DNA from: Carcharhinus longimanus
Taxonomy: Eukaryota
Assembly (NCBI GenBank): GCA_030264375.1
Contig: JASCQW010000130.1
Span: forward strand, 36,939,988-37,003,987
Reading direction: 5' to 3'
Length of the DNA stretch: 64,000 nt
Under the pieces are notes generated by a model. It searched no databases. It was not told the DNA's origin and saw only the letters and a list, made by a program, of their open reading frames with translations. How positions within the stretch are numbered: the stretch's first letter is position 1; each line of letters begins with the position of its first letter. Below are positions 63,942 to 64,000 of this stretch, one piece after another. A program made the translations under genes and the position numbers.

Positions 63942-64000
63942 AAGTCTTAATCTTCCCAGAAACTACTGGGCCTTCGATATCACCAAAGATTGGGTTGACA
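63942..64000 (-). CDS. COL7A1: Collagen VII-like exon (5'-truncated by window edge), C-terminal half of an FN3 repeat
   Basis: Reverse complement reads ...VNPIFGDIEGPVVSGKIKT, then donor GTAAGT, phase 1. Confidence 0.85.

Larger units (their letters stand above)
1755..64000 (-). other. COL7A1: Multi-exon gene span: type VII collagen alpha-1 or a COL7A1-like paralog (partial; continues beyond both window ends)
   Basis: 23 phase-compatible GT-AG exons (one break at a gap) give FN3 repeats -> linker -> vWA -> CxxxC -> GQKGE-starting Gly-X-Y helix. This is the NC1/triple-helix junction architecture of collagen VII. There is no TSPN domain before the helix, unlike FACIT collagens XII/XIV/XX. Ortholog versus paralog is unresolved. 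Confidence 0.85.

Noticed and set aside
1-64000. Most entries in the six-frame ORF track as stand-alone genes
   Set aside because: They are short, lack domain motifs and fall in introns or repeats. Only those overlapping collagen exons or retroelement remnants are meaningful.

Overview
Eukaryotic vertebrate genomic DNA, most likely a shark or other elasmobranch, judged from repeat content recognised by eye (HE1-like V-SINEs, DeuSINE/SacSINE1-like copies, CR1-like LINEs). It is a draft assembly with many N gaps. The whole window lies inside one minus-strand, multi-exon type VII collagen(-like) gene. I traced 23 GT-AG exons by hand. In transcript order they encode the end of one FN3 repeat and three complete FN3 repeats, a 77-codon basic Ser/Thr/Pro/Ala-rich linker, a vWA domain with an intact MIDAS motif, a CxxxC junction and the start of an interrupted Gly-X-Y triple helix. 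Reading-frame phase requires at least one further vWA exon, probably hidden in the 635-N gap. Introns are filled with decayed retroelements (CR1-like, Rex1/Babar-like, Tx1-like, Penelope-like, SINEs, solo-LTR candidates) and a family of short TIR elements. The most notable observations are: (1) collagen features that differ from mammalian COL7A1, suggesting a paralog or ancestral form; (2) a Penelope-derived hammerhead ribozyme core in sense orientation within a short intron; (3) a nested foldback element; (4) a solo-LTR candidate abutting a splice donor. I found no prokaryote-type system (CRISPR, retron, operon). No database search was run, family names come from motif recognition, and repeat boundaries are approximate.
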